64,000 bases of DNA from Squalus acanthias (lineage: Eukaryota). This document shows, piece by piece, positions 53,301 to 64,000 of the stretch (positions are counted from its first letter, which is position 1; every line of letters begins with the position of its first letter). The notes under the pieces are model-generated. The model was not told the DNA's origin and did not search any database. It saw only the letters and a program-made list of their open reading frames with translations. Location: the NCBI GenBank assembly GCA_030390025.1, contig CM059438.1, positions 61,506,001 to 61,570,000 on the forward strand. Reading direction: 5' to 3'. The position numbers and the translations under genes were made by a program.

Positions 53301-53474
53301 CAGAACAACGGTTACTATGAAAGTAACAGAAAAAAAGGAGTCATTTTTTTTAGATTTACTTTACAACTAGTTTTCTGAGGGTTTTTTTCTAGTAACATTA
53401 TTTCCTTGCTAATAAGGTATGGCTATCTCCCTGCACAGGCCCACAACTTGGTATGTCTCTTTAAATTAATTCTC

Positions 53475-53755
53475 AGGATGTGGGCTTCGATGGCAAGGCC
53501 GGCATTTATTGCACATCCCTAGTTGCCCTTGAGAAGGTGGTGGCAAGCCTTCTTCTTGAACCACTGCAGTCCATGGGGGGAAGGTACACCCACAGTACTG
53601 TTAGTTAGGGAGTGCCAGGATTTTGACTCAGCGACGATGAAGGTACAGTGATAGATGTCCAAGTCAGTATGATGTGTGACTTGGAAGGAACTTGGAGTTG
53701 ATGGTGTTTCTATGCACCTGCTGCCCTTGTCCTTCTAGGTGGTGAAGGTCACGGA
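53475..53755 (-). mobile_element. 3' UTR fragment of the LINE family at 34895-36570
   Basis: Direct homology to 34911-35195. Confidence 0.85.
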
Positions 53756-54142
53756 TTTATAATTAATTATAATTATAATGTGTATAATATTCTACAGCAC
53801 CATATGTTGCTGGTCCACCATTCCACACCACTGCAGACCCTTTTAATGTGATTTCACCAGGATACGGTAGCCAGGGACACAACTTCAATGGGAGTCAGAA
53901 AGATAAGTAACATTAATTGGGCTTGCGGGCAGGAAAAAAAATCAGCCACGGTTCCCACTCCTGCTCGCTATTTAGTGACCATTGCTGGAAAGTGCGCGTA
54001 TGCAGATTTTGGGCGAGGTTAGCTGTGATGCCCTTTGTGGTCAAATAAATTACTGACACTATCTTGGCTCGCACATGGAGAATAGCCACCTGGGTAGGAT
54101 ACAGGAAGGCTACCAGCACCGATGGAACCAGGCCCCATTACA

Positions 54143-54515
54143 GGCTGACATTCCAGTGAGGAAGCGCTGCACTGTCAGGGATGCCATATTTCAATGAGAT
54201 GTTAAACCGAGGCCCCATCCGCCCTCTCAAATGGACATAAAAGATCCCATTGCACTATTCAAAGAAGAGCGGGGGAATTCTCCCCGGTGTCCTGACCAAT
54301 ATTTATCCCTCAACCAACTGCACTATAACAGATTATCTGGTCAATTATCACATTGCTGTTTGTGGGACCTTGCTGTGCACAAATTGGCTGCTGCGTTTCC
54401 TACATTACAACAATGACTACACCTCAAAAATAATTACAATAACTGTAATTCACTTTGGGAGGTCCTGAGGTAATGAAAAGCGTTATATAAATGCAAGTCG
54501 CTCTTTCTTTTCTTT
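54143..54515 (+). mobile_element. 5'-truncated DeuSINE
   Basis: Core and tail homology. Confidence 0.85.
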
Positions 54516-55727
54516 TTAAGAGTTAACATCCTCAGGAAGAGTGGAGAATATTGCGGAGGGAAAATAAAACGGATGCCGTTTCTCTGTCTCTTCATCATCC
54601 ATAACATAAATACAGTCATCTTAACACAGGATTACTCACGAACTTGAGATCAGATTTATTACTGTGTGAAAAAAAAGCAACTGTCCAATAAATACAATGT
54701 GGTTAAATTGGGCTGTTGATTTCAGCTTCGCCAGTTATAAATTGACATGCAACCTCAATAAAAATCTGGTTTAACAGTACGTTCTCATCAGAGGAGTGCA
54801 TTGCGATCATACCTTCACACTCTGCGGAATGGATATTAGTGCACTGATTGATGTGATATTTAAAGTGTAGTATGTCCAAAGGGTAGAGCCAAGGTGTTAA
54901 CGTGCCTGCAGGTAGCCCAATGCAATTCTTACAGAAGTGCTGCAAGCCGTGTGTGTGAGAAAGTGCACTGACATTCTTGTGCTTCTTTGTGATTTATGCT
55001 TCGAGAGGATTATGCAATGGGTGTGGGCCTGAGGAGCAATGTGATAACACTTTTTCAATCATGAGCCGGAGCCCTGAAACGCAGTCACTCTTCTATGTTT
55101 AAAAAGGCAGAAAAAACCTGAAAAAAGACACCAAATGAAACTCAACCACGTGAAGATCATAGAAATTATACAGCAAAGAATGAGGCCATTTGGCCCATCA
55201 TGCCTTGCCACCTCTTTGAAAGAGCCATCCAATTAGTCTCAGTCCCCTACCCTTTCCCCATAGCCCTGTAAATTTTTCTCCTTCAAGTATTTACCCAATT
55301 CCCTTTTGAAAGTTACTATTGAATCTGCTCCCACCACTTTTTCAGGCATTGCATTCCAGATCATCACAACTCGCTGCATAAATTTTTTTCCTCATGTCGC
55401 CTCTGCTTCTTTTGCCAATTACCTTAAATCTGAGTCCTCTCCGACCCTTCTGCCACTGGAAGCAGTTTCTCCTGATTTACTCTATGAAAACCCTTCATGA
55501 TTTTGAACACCTGAGGGGAACAACTCCAGTTTCTCTAGGTCTTCCCACATAACTGAAGTTCCTCATCCCTGGTACCATTCTAGTAAATCTCCTCTGCACC
55601 CTCTCTAAAGCCTTGACATCCTTCCTAAAATGTGGTGCCCAGAATTAGCCACAATACTCCAGCTGGGGCCCAACCAGTGTTTTATAAAGGCCAGCATAAC
55701 TTCCTTGCTTTTGTACTCTATGCCTCT

Positions 55728-55917
55728 ATAGTCAGGATGATTTAATTTAGTTGTCTGTAATTGTAAGGTACACATGCATTGTTCTCTATCTATATATGCT
55801 TTGTCGAGTCTGTATTTCTTCACTTCACCTGAGGAAGGGGCGATCGATAGCTCCGAAAGCTTGTGATTTCAAATAAAACTGTTGGACTATAACCTGGTGT
55901 TGTGCGACCTCTCAATT
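55728..55917 (+). repeat. 5' pseudo-LTR
   Basis: Matches 58865-59054 with one difference that I can see (TCTGTAA vs TCTGCAA). Confidence 0.95.
55825..55866 (+). ncRNA. Minimal type I hammerhead ribozyme motif
   Basis: ucac-CUGAGGA-a-ggggc-gaucgaua-gcucc-GAAA-gc-UU-guga. Confidence 0.85.
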
Positions 55918-55953
55918 TTGTCCACCCCAGTCCAACACCGGCATCTCCGCATC

Positions 55954-58632
55954 ATGACCACTATCGACACCACAAACTGCCGGCTCAAAGTGGAGAGAAT
56001 CGCCAAGAAGATCGCGCATATCGACACCGACATCAAGTATCTACAGAGATGCAAGAAAGCAGACAAGATCCCGAAAGGACTACAGATCACGAACCCACTC
56101 AAGTCAACATACAACACAGACTACGCTGAGAGACTCTGCCGTCGTACCTCTCGCACACTCCTCAACCATCTCGTACACCAGCTCTACAGCAAACGCCACA
56201 ACCTCGAAACCAAGATAGAGTCCATGCTCTCAGCCTGTGCTCAGGACACAGCAGACCAGTTACGAGACACCGCCAAACAGACGAGGCAACGGAACTACGC
56301 TGCCTACATGCGCATCAAGAACAGGAAGCTTGAGAAACTCGGCATCACCACCAGCAGCAACCAAGCCTCCCCCGGTACCACGGCTGCAACCACAGGGAAG
56401 TCCATCGTCAACTTGTCCGACCATACCCTTCAACCAGACAAAATCGAAGTTCTCGCCCTAGGGCTCAAGTTCTGCCCAACCACCAAAATGGACCCCATCG
56501 GTCTCGCGGCAGACACGGAGGAATTCATCAGGAGAATGAGGCTCCGGGAATACTTCCACAAATCCCAAGATGTCAGCAACAAACTCAATGAGACAATCAA
56601 TGATCCAGAACAGCAGACAGAGGGACTCGCAGTGCAGCAACCGAAGAAAAAAGAGTCAAACTGGACCCCTCCGGAGGGTCGATGCCCCAAGCTTGACATG
56701 TATGCTCAAGCGGTCAGGAGATGCATCAACGCCAGATTCATCAGCCGCACTCACAAGACAGTCCAGAATGTCACCCGAGCACAACGCAATGCCATCCACG
56801 CTCTCAAGACCAACCGCAACATCGTCATCAAACCAGCGGACAAAGGAGGAGCCATCGTCATACAGAACAGAACGGACTATTGTAAAGAAGCATACCGACA
56901 ACTGGACAACCAGGAACACTACAGACAGCTACCCGCAGATCCGACCAAAGAACACACCCGCCAACTCAATAGACTGATCAAGACCTTCGATCCAGACCTT
57001 CAAAACATCCTACGCGCTCTCATCCCACGTACTCCCCGCGTGGGAGACTTCTACTGCCTCCCAAAGATACACAAAGTCAACACACCCGGACGTCCTATCG
57101 TATCAGGCAATGGAACCTTGTGTGAGAACCTCTCTGGATACATCGAGGGCATTCTGAAACCCATCGTACAGGGAACCCCCAGCTTCTGTCGCGACACTAC
57201 AGACTTCTTACAGAAACTCAGCACCCACGGACCAGTTGAACCAGGAACACTCCTCGCCACGATGGACGTATCGGCACTCTACACCAGTATCCCCCACGAT
57301 GACGGCATCGCTGCGACAGCCTCAGTACTCAACACCAACAACAGCCAATCTCCAGACGCCATCCTACAACTCATCCGCTTCATCCTTGACCACAATGTCT
57401 TCACCTTCGACAACCATTTTTTTACCCAAACACACGGAACAGCCATGGGGACCAAATTCACACCCCAATACGCCAACATCTTCATGCACAAGTTCGAGCA
57501 AGACTTCTTCGCTGCACAGGACCTCCAGCCAACGCTGTACACCAGATACATCGACGACATTTTCTTCCTTTGGACCCATGGCGAAGGATCACTGAAAAGA
57601 CTACACGATAACATAAACAAGTTCCATCCCACCATCAAACTCACCATGGACTACTCCTCAGAATCGGTTTCATTCCTGGACACACGAATCTCCATCAAAG
57701 ACGGACACCTCAGCACTTCACTCTACCGCAAGCCCACGGACAACCTCACGATGCTCCACTTCTCCAGCTTCCACCCTAACCACGTTAAAGAAGCCATCCC
57801 CTATGGACAAGCCCTGCGAATACACAGGATCTGCTCAGACGAGGAGGAACGCGATGGACACCTACGGACGCTGAAAAACGCCCTCGTAAGAACGGGATAT
57901 GACGCTCGACTCATCGATCGACAGTTCCGACGGGCCACAGCGAAAAATCGCATAGACCTCCTCAGAAGGCAAACACGGGACACAACCAACAGGGTACCCT
58001 ACGTCGTCCAGTACTTCACCGGAGCGGAGAAACTACGCCATGTTCTTCGCAGCCTTCAACATGTCATCGATGACGACAAACACCTCGCTAAGGCCATCCC
58101 CACGCCTCCACTACTTGCCTTCAAACAGCTGCCTAACCTCAGAAGTACCATCGTTCGCAGCAAATTACCCAGCTTTCAGGATAACAGCGACCACGACACC
58201 ACACAACCCTGCCACGGCAAACTCTGCAAGACATGCCAGATCATCAACACAGATACCACCATCACACGTGAGGACACTACCCACCAGGTACATGGTACAT
58301 ACTCATGTGACTCGGCCAACGTTGTCTACCTCATACGTTGCAGGAAAGAATGCACCGCGGCATGATACATCGGCGAGACCATGCAGACACTGAGACAACG
58401 TATGAACGAGCACCGCGCAACAATCACCAGGCAGGATTGTTACCTCCCAGTCGGGGAACACTTCAGCAGTCAAGGACATTCAGCCTCGGATCTGCGGGTA
58501 AGCGTTCTCCAAGGCAACCTTAGGAACACACGACAGCGCAAAATCATCGAGCAGAAACTGATAGCCAAGTTCCGCACTCATGAAGATGGTCTCAACCGGG
58601 ATCTTGGGTTTATGTCACGATACATGACGTGA
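55954..58632 (+). pseudogene. PLE polyprotein (reverse transcriptase + Cys-rich linker + GIY-YIG endonuclease), 892 codons with one internal stop
   Basis: IKPADKGG, LPKIHK, PGRPIVS, DVSALYTSIP, GTAMG, RYIDDIF, PCHGKLCKTC, VVYLIRC..*YIGET..LRQRMNEH; TGA at 58363-58365 and the frame continues to 58632. Confidence 0.95.
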
Positions 58633-58864
58633 TCCGGACTCGAGTCGTCGTTGACTTGTTCACAGATGTGATTCCCAGTAAAAAAGTAAAAATTTTCCCA
58701 GTAAAAAAGTAAAAATTTTACAGCTTATCGTTTTACATACAGACGGCAGCTTTTGACACGTTAGACCCCCTGCGACTCCACCTCATTGTCTCAGTTGTAT
58801 CTTGCTATGTCTTTGATGTGGTACCTTCCTGGCTGACCTGATTAACTTTATCACACCTCGGCAG

Positions 58865-59054
58865 ATAGTCAGGATGATTTAATTTAGTTGTCTGCAATTG
58901 TAAGGTACACATGCATTGTTCTCTATCTATATATGCTTTGTCGAGTCTGTATTTCTTCACTTCACCTGAGGAAGGGGCGATCGATAGCTCCGAAAGCTTG
59001 TGATTTCAAATAAAACTGTTGGACTATAACCTGGTGTTGTGCGACCTCTCAATT
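58865..59054 (+). repeat. 3' pseudo-LTR
   Basis: Direct repeat of 55728-55917; contains AATAAA. Confidence 0.95.
58962..59003 (+). ncRNA. Minimal type I hammerhead ribozyme motif (second copy)
   Basis: Identical to 55825-55866. Confidence 0.85.
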
Positions 59055-59772
59055 CTATTTATAAAGCCAAGGATCCCGTATGCCTTTTTATCAGCCTTCT
59101 TAACTTATCCTGCCACCTTCAAAGACTCTGTTCTTGCACCCCCTTTAAAATTATACCATTTAGTTTATACTGCCTCTCTTCATTCTTTCTACCAAAATGA
59201 ATCAATTCACACTTTTCTGTGCTAAATTTCATCTGCCATGTGTCTGCCCATTTCACTATGTCCTCCTGAAGTCTGTTACTATCCTCCTCACTACATTTCC
59301 GAGTTTTGTGTCATCTGCAAACTTTGAAATTATGCCCTGTATACCCAAGTCCAGGTCATTAATATATATCCAAAAGGGCAGTAGTCCAAACACCGACCCT
59401 GGGGGACACTACTGTATACTTCCCTCCAGTCTGAAAAATAACTGTTCACTACTACTCTCTGTGATCTGTCCCTTGTCCAATTTCGTATACACGCAGCCAC
59501 TGCCCCTTGAATCCCATGGGCTTCAATTTTGCTATCAAGTCTATGGTGTTGTATTTTTTCAAACGCCTTTTGAAAGTCCAAACACACAACATCAACTGCA
59601 CTACCCCCATCAACCCTCTCTGTTACTTTATCAAAGAGCTCAAATTAAGTTAGTCAAACATGATTTGCCTTTAACAAATGTCATGATGCGGAGATGCCGG
59701 TGTTGGATTGGGGTGGACAAAAATGAGAAGTCGCACAACACCAGGTTATAGTCCAACAGTTTTATTTAAAAT

Positions 59773-59808
59773 TACAAGCTTTCGGAGCTGCTGCCCCTTC
59801 GTCAGGTA
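59773..59808 (-). ncRNA. Minimal hammerhead motif (left arm)
   Basis: Minus strand: uac-CUGACGA-a-ggggc-agca-gcucc-GAAA-gc-UU-gua. Confidence 0.82.
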
Positions 59809-59818
59809 GAGGTACCTC

Positions 59819-59854
59819 TACCTGACGAAGGGGCAGCAGCTCCGAAAGCTCGTA
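59819..59854 (+). ncRNA. Minimal hammerhead motif (right arm)
   Basis: uac-CUGACGA-a-ggggc-agca-gcucc-GAAA-gc-UC-gua. Confidence 0.82.
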
Positions 59855-60054
59855 ATTTTAAATAAAACTGTTGGACTATAACCTGGTGTTGTGCGACTTC
59901 TCATTTTTAACAAATGTGTGCTGGCTTTCATTTATTAACTCATATTTTTCCAAGTGCCAATTAATTTTGCACCGGTTTATTGTCTCTAAAAGTTTCCCCA
60001 CCACCGATATTAGGCTGACTGGCCTGTATCGCCAGGTCTATTGCCATATTCCTC

Positions 60055-60600
60055 AACAACAACTAGCATTTATATGGTGCCTTTCACATAGTAAAATGTC
60101 CCAAGGCACTTCACGGGAGCGTTATCAAACAAAATTTGACACCGAGCCACATAAAGAGATCTTAGGACAGGTGACCAAAAGTTTGGTCAAAGAGGTAGGT
60201 TTTAAGGAGCATCTTAAAAGGACAAGAAAGAGATTTAGAAAGAAAAGACTTACATTTATATAGCGCCTTTCATGACCACCGGACATCTCAAAGCGCTTTA
60301 CAGCCAATGAAGTACTTTTGGAGTGTAGTCACTGTTGTAATGGGAGTGAATTCTATAACTTTGAGCCTAGACAGCTGAAGGCACGGCTGTCAATGGTGGG
60401 CGAAGAAAGTCGGGGATGCACAAGAGGCCAGAATTGAAGGAGATCAGAGATCTCAGAGGGTAGTCAGGCTGGAGGAGGTCACGGACATAGGGAAGGGTGA
60501 GGCCATGGAAGAATTTGAACACAAGGATGAACATTTTAAAATCGAGGCATTGCTGACCAATGCAGGTCAGAGAACAGGGGTGATGGGAGAATGGTACTTG
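60055..60600 (-). mobile_element. L2 3' fragment containing a DeuSINE tail (~60240-60345)
   Basis: Homologous to 27995-28292 and to the reverse complement of 32330-32809. Confidence 0.8.
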
Positions 60601-61423
60601 GTTCGAGTATGAGGTACGTGTAGCAGCACAAAGCCGGGTTTTAACCTCGTTGTTATTACTTCAAATGAAAAAAAGTGGTAAATAAGACATCGTAAATTTG
60701 AATTCTGCTTATCGTCCCTATCAATCGCCAGACAGCTGGGCAAGGGTTCGGGGGTGGGGGGGGGAGAGATCACAGATAGCAGCCAACTTCAGCCACTACA
60801 GTAAAATAGGGGCCAATTCAGTTGAATACACTTCCTCTTTAAGGATTTAATTTATCTGTGAATAGGAATACAAGGCCAATAGCTTCATTCAGTGCAGATT
60901 AAGTCAAGCACTATTCCGACTTCTCCCCACCATGAACTTTAGTGCCAGCACAAGAAAAGAAAATGGGAAAGCTGCCTGCTCCTGGTCCACCGGCCTGGAA
61001 CTAATCAGGTCTCCCCCACCAAGTTCCTGTGGTTGATTGCAAATTTGTACCATAGAAGGCCAAGGAGGAACCATAATAGTGGCACTATTCCATTTCATCA
61101 CTCTAGCCAAAGGGACACAATATTGCAGTGCAAACAGACTGCTTCAGGACAAACCTAAAGTCAGAACAAGGTGGGCACAATCCTTTCCTGCATCACAGCT
61201 TTACATAAACAGCGATGCACGAATGCCATCTAGTGGATGTCGGATTTTATCTGTGTAAGGAACTCTCCAAAAAAAAAAGGGCCTTGCTGTGGATTTATCC
61301 ATGACAATTTGTTCAAAAATATAGCATTCAATAAAAATCTATATACAAGTCTAATCAGGTATCTTGGCAGACAGCGCTGACCTAGCCAGAGTTTGTGGGA
61401 TCATCAACACAGCACCCAACAAG

Positions 61424-62173
61424 GTGTCAGCCTTGAAAAAAGACATGGATTTCTACAGCGTCTTTCACAACCTCAGGACGTCCCAAAGCACTTTACAGCC
61501 AATGAAGTACTTTGAAGTGTAGTCATTGTTGTAATGTATGAAACGCGGCAGCCAATTTGCGCATAGCAAGGTCCCACAAATAGCAATGAGATAATGACCA
61601 GATAATGTTTTTTTATGTGATGTTGATTGAGGAATAAATATTGGCCAGGACACCACGAATAATTCCCCAGCTCTTTTTTGAAATAGTGCCTGAAAAAGTC
61701 TCTGGAGTGGGAGGCGAGAGTGCTACTAACTGAGCCACAGCTGACACCTTAGTTAGTGGTGGGACCTTTGAGTCAGAAGTCCTTCTCCAGAGTCCTGAGC
61801 ACATAATCTATACTGACACTTCAGTGCCGTACTGAGGGAGTGCTGCACTGTCAGAGGTGCCATCTTTTGGATGAGGCGTTAAACTAAGGCCCCATTTGCC
61901 CTCTCAGGTGGAAGTAAAAGGTCCCATGGCACTATTTCTAAGACAAGCAGGGGAGTTCCTCCCATTGTCATGGCCAAAATGTATCCCTCTACCAACAACA
62001 GATTATCTGGTCATTATCTCATTGCTGTTGTAGGAGCTTACTGTGTGCAAATTGGTTGCCACGTTTCCCACACTACAACAGTGACTGAACTTCAAAAGTG
62101 CTTCATTGGCTTTAAAGCCTTTTGGGACATCCTGGGTCCATGAAAGGCGCTATATAAATGCAAGTTCTTTCTT
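61424..62173 (+). mobile_element. DeuSINE (head 61424-61435, remainder ~61749-62173)
   Basis: GTGTCAGCCTTG head is interrupted; core and tail resume after 61748. Confidence 0.78.
61436..61748 (-). mobile_element. Internally deleted DeuSINE inserted in the head of another SINE
   Basis: Tail at 61436, head ending AGCTGACAC at ~61748. Confidence 0.8.
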
Positions 62174-62285
62174 TAAAGAAAAAATCAACACATCATGAGG
62201 CAGACAGCATCCAATCCGGAGCCACCATCAATGAAGTGCTTAAGCAGTGGAAATATGGTTAAGTCATTGTCCCTCTGCTCCCAGC

Positions 62286-62630
62286 ATAAGAACATAAGAA
62301 ATAGGAGCAGCAGTAGGCCATTCGGCCCCTCGAGCCATACTCCGCCATTCAATAAGATCATGGCTGATCTGATCTTGGCATCAACACCACTTTCCTGCCC
62401 GCTCCCCATAACCCTCGACTCCCCTGTTTTTCAAAAATCTGTCTATCTCCGCCTTGAATATATTCAATGACTCAGCCTCCACAGCTCTCTGGGGTAGAGA
62501 ATTCCAAAGATTCACGACCCTCTGAGAGAAGAAATTCCTCCTCATCTCCGTTTTAAATGGGTGACCCCTTATTCTGAAATATGCCCCCTAGTTCTAGATT
62601 CCCCCATGAGGGGAAACATCCTCTCAGCAT
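62286..62630 (-). mobile_element. CR1 3'-end fragment
   Basis: Reverse-complement match to 10065-10405; ATAAGAAC tail. Confidence 0.88.
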
Positions 62631-62709
62631 CCCCAACTGCACAGTGCCATGTACATAATGTCATTATCCTCCTCTCATACAGCGACTCAAACTCATATCT
62701 ACTGGAATT

Positions 62710-63925
62710 CTTGTAATTTACAGGAAAAAAAACTTTTGCTAAATGGAAATACATTCCATTGAGAAACAAAAACTCCACTGGAAAAGAGATCCAACCGTGT
62801 CTAACTGAAGAAGTTAAGGATAGCATTAGATTGAAATAAGAAGCTTATAATGTTGCAAAGAATAATAGTAAGCCTGAGGATTGGGAGAGTTTCAGAACCC
62901 AGCAAAACTTGACCAAAAAATTGATAAAAAGGGAAAAAATAGAATGAGAAAACTAGCAAGAAATATAAAAGCAGATTGTACAAGTATGTAAAAAGGAAAA
63001 GAGTAGCAAAAGTAAACGTTGGTCCCTTAGAGGTTGAGACAGGAGAAATTATTACGGGGAATAAGGAAATGGCAGAAACGTTAAACAAATATTTTGTATC
63101 TGTCTTCACAGTAGAAGACACAAAAAGCATACCAAAAATGGTGGAGAACCATGGGTCTAATGAGGGTGAGGAACTTAACGTAATTAATATAAGTAGAGAA
63201 AAAGTACTAAAGAAACTAATGGGACTAAAAGCCAACAAATCCCCTGGACCTGACATCCTAGGATTCTAAAAGAGGTGGCTGAAGTGGATGCATTGGTTTT
63301 GATCTTCCAAAATTCCCGAGATTCTGGAATGGTCCCAGCGGATTGGAAGGTCGCAAATGTAACACTGCTATTCAAGAAAGGAGGGAGAGAAAAAACAGGG
63401 AACTACAGGCCAATTAGCCTGACATCAGTCGTCGGGAAAATGCTGGAATCCATTGTTAAGGAAGTGGTATCAAGTCATGTAGAAAATCATAACATGATTA
63501 GGCAGAGTCAACATGGTTTTATGAAAGGGAAATCGTGTTTGATAAATTTATTAAGAGTTTTTTGAGGATGTAACTAGCAGGGTAGATAAAGGAGAACCAG
63601 TGGATGTAGTATATTTGGATTTCCAAAAGGCATTCGATAAGGTGCCACATAAAAGGTTATTACACAAGATTAGGGCTCATGGGGTTGGGGGTAATATAGT
63701 AGCATGGATAGAGGATTGGTTAACGGACAGAAAACAGAGAGTAGGGATAAACGGATTTTTTTCAGGTTGGCAGGCTGTAACTAGTGGGGTGCCGCAAGGA
63801 TCAGTGTTGGGGCCTCAGCTATTTACAATCTATATTAATGACCTAGATGAAGGGATCGAGTGTAATGTATCCAAGTTTGCTGATGATACAAAGCTAGGTG
63901 GGACAGTAAGCTGTGTGAACACAAA
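62710..63925 (+). mobile_element. CR1 ORF2 fragment (linker + RT)
   Basis: [37 protein letters not shown]. Confidence 0.92.
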
Positions 63926-64000
63926 GGGCTCGATTTTGCCAGGCCCGAGGAGGCGGGATTGGAGGCGTGCGAGGTGGTAAAATCGCAAAAAAAAGGCGTG
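63926..64000. mobile_element. Left end of a TIR element interrupting the CR1 (runs off the window)
   Basis: GGGCTCGATTTTGCCAGGCCCGAGGAGGCGGG resembles the 27317 MITE left end. Confidence 0.6.

Larger units (their letters stand above)
55728..59054 (+). mobile_element. Near-intact Penelope-like retroelement with direct pseudo-LTRs
   Basis: 190-bp direct repeats flank one long RT/GIY-YIG frame; TCTAT at both junctions (55725-55729, 59054-59058). Confidence 0.96.
59682..59905. mobile_element. PLE pLTR-only insertion in inverted (palindromic) arrangement
   Basis: TSD TTTAACAAATGT (59670-59681, 59906-59917); both arms are homologous to the pLTR of the neighbouring element. Confidence 0.92.
55158..60040 (-). 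mobile_element. CR1 3' portion hosting two PLE insertions (pieces ~55158-55729, 59055-59681, 59918-60040)
   Basis: CR1 sequence TATGCCTCTAT|TTATAAAGCC rejoins across the first insert; LDFQKAF motif in the middle piece. Confidence 0.88.

Noticed and set aside
55882..55953. ORF-track start MDYNLVLCD at 55882 (also at 59019 and 59871)
   Set aside because: Non-ATG start inside the pLTR; the plausible initiator is ATG 55954.

Overview
Repeat-dominated, non-coding vertebrate genomic DNA, most likely from a cartilaginous fish (inferred from the SacSINE1/DeuSINE-like SINEs and esterase-ORF1 CR1 LINEs). I found no recognisable host protein-coding exon. The window is a mosaic of CR1, L2 and RTE LINE fragments, two tRNA-derived SINE families, Penelope-like elements (PLEs), a decayed PIF/Harbinger transposase, several TIR elements with 3-bp TSDs, a solo LTR and two minisatellites. 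Highlights: (1) a young, almost intact PLE (RT + GIY-YIG) at 55728-59054, with 190-bp pseudo-LTRs that each carry a minimal hammerhead ribozyme and a single nonsense codon inside the GIY-YIG motif; (2) a 190-bp palindromic PLE-derived insertion with two back-to-back hammerheads (59719-59908); (3) six hammerhead motifs in total, with helix-I covariation; (4) a four-level nest SINE>PLE>full-length CR1>MITE. Family names come from motif recognition, not database searches. Boundaries of old fragments are approximate.
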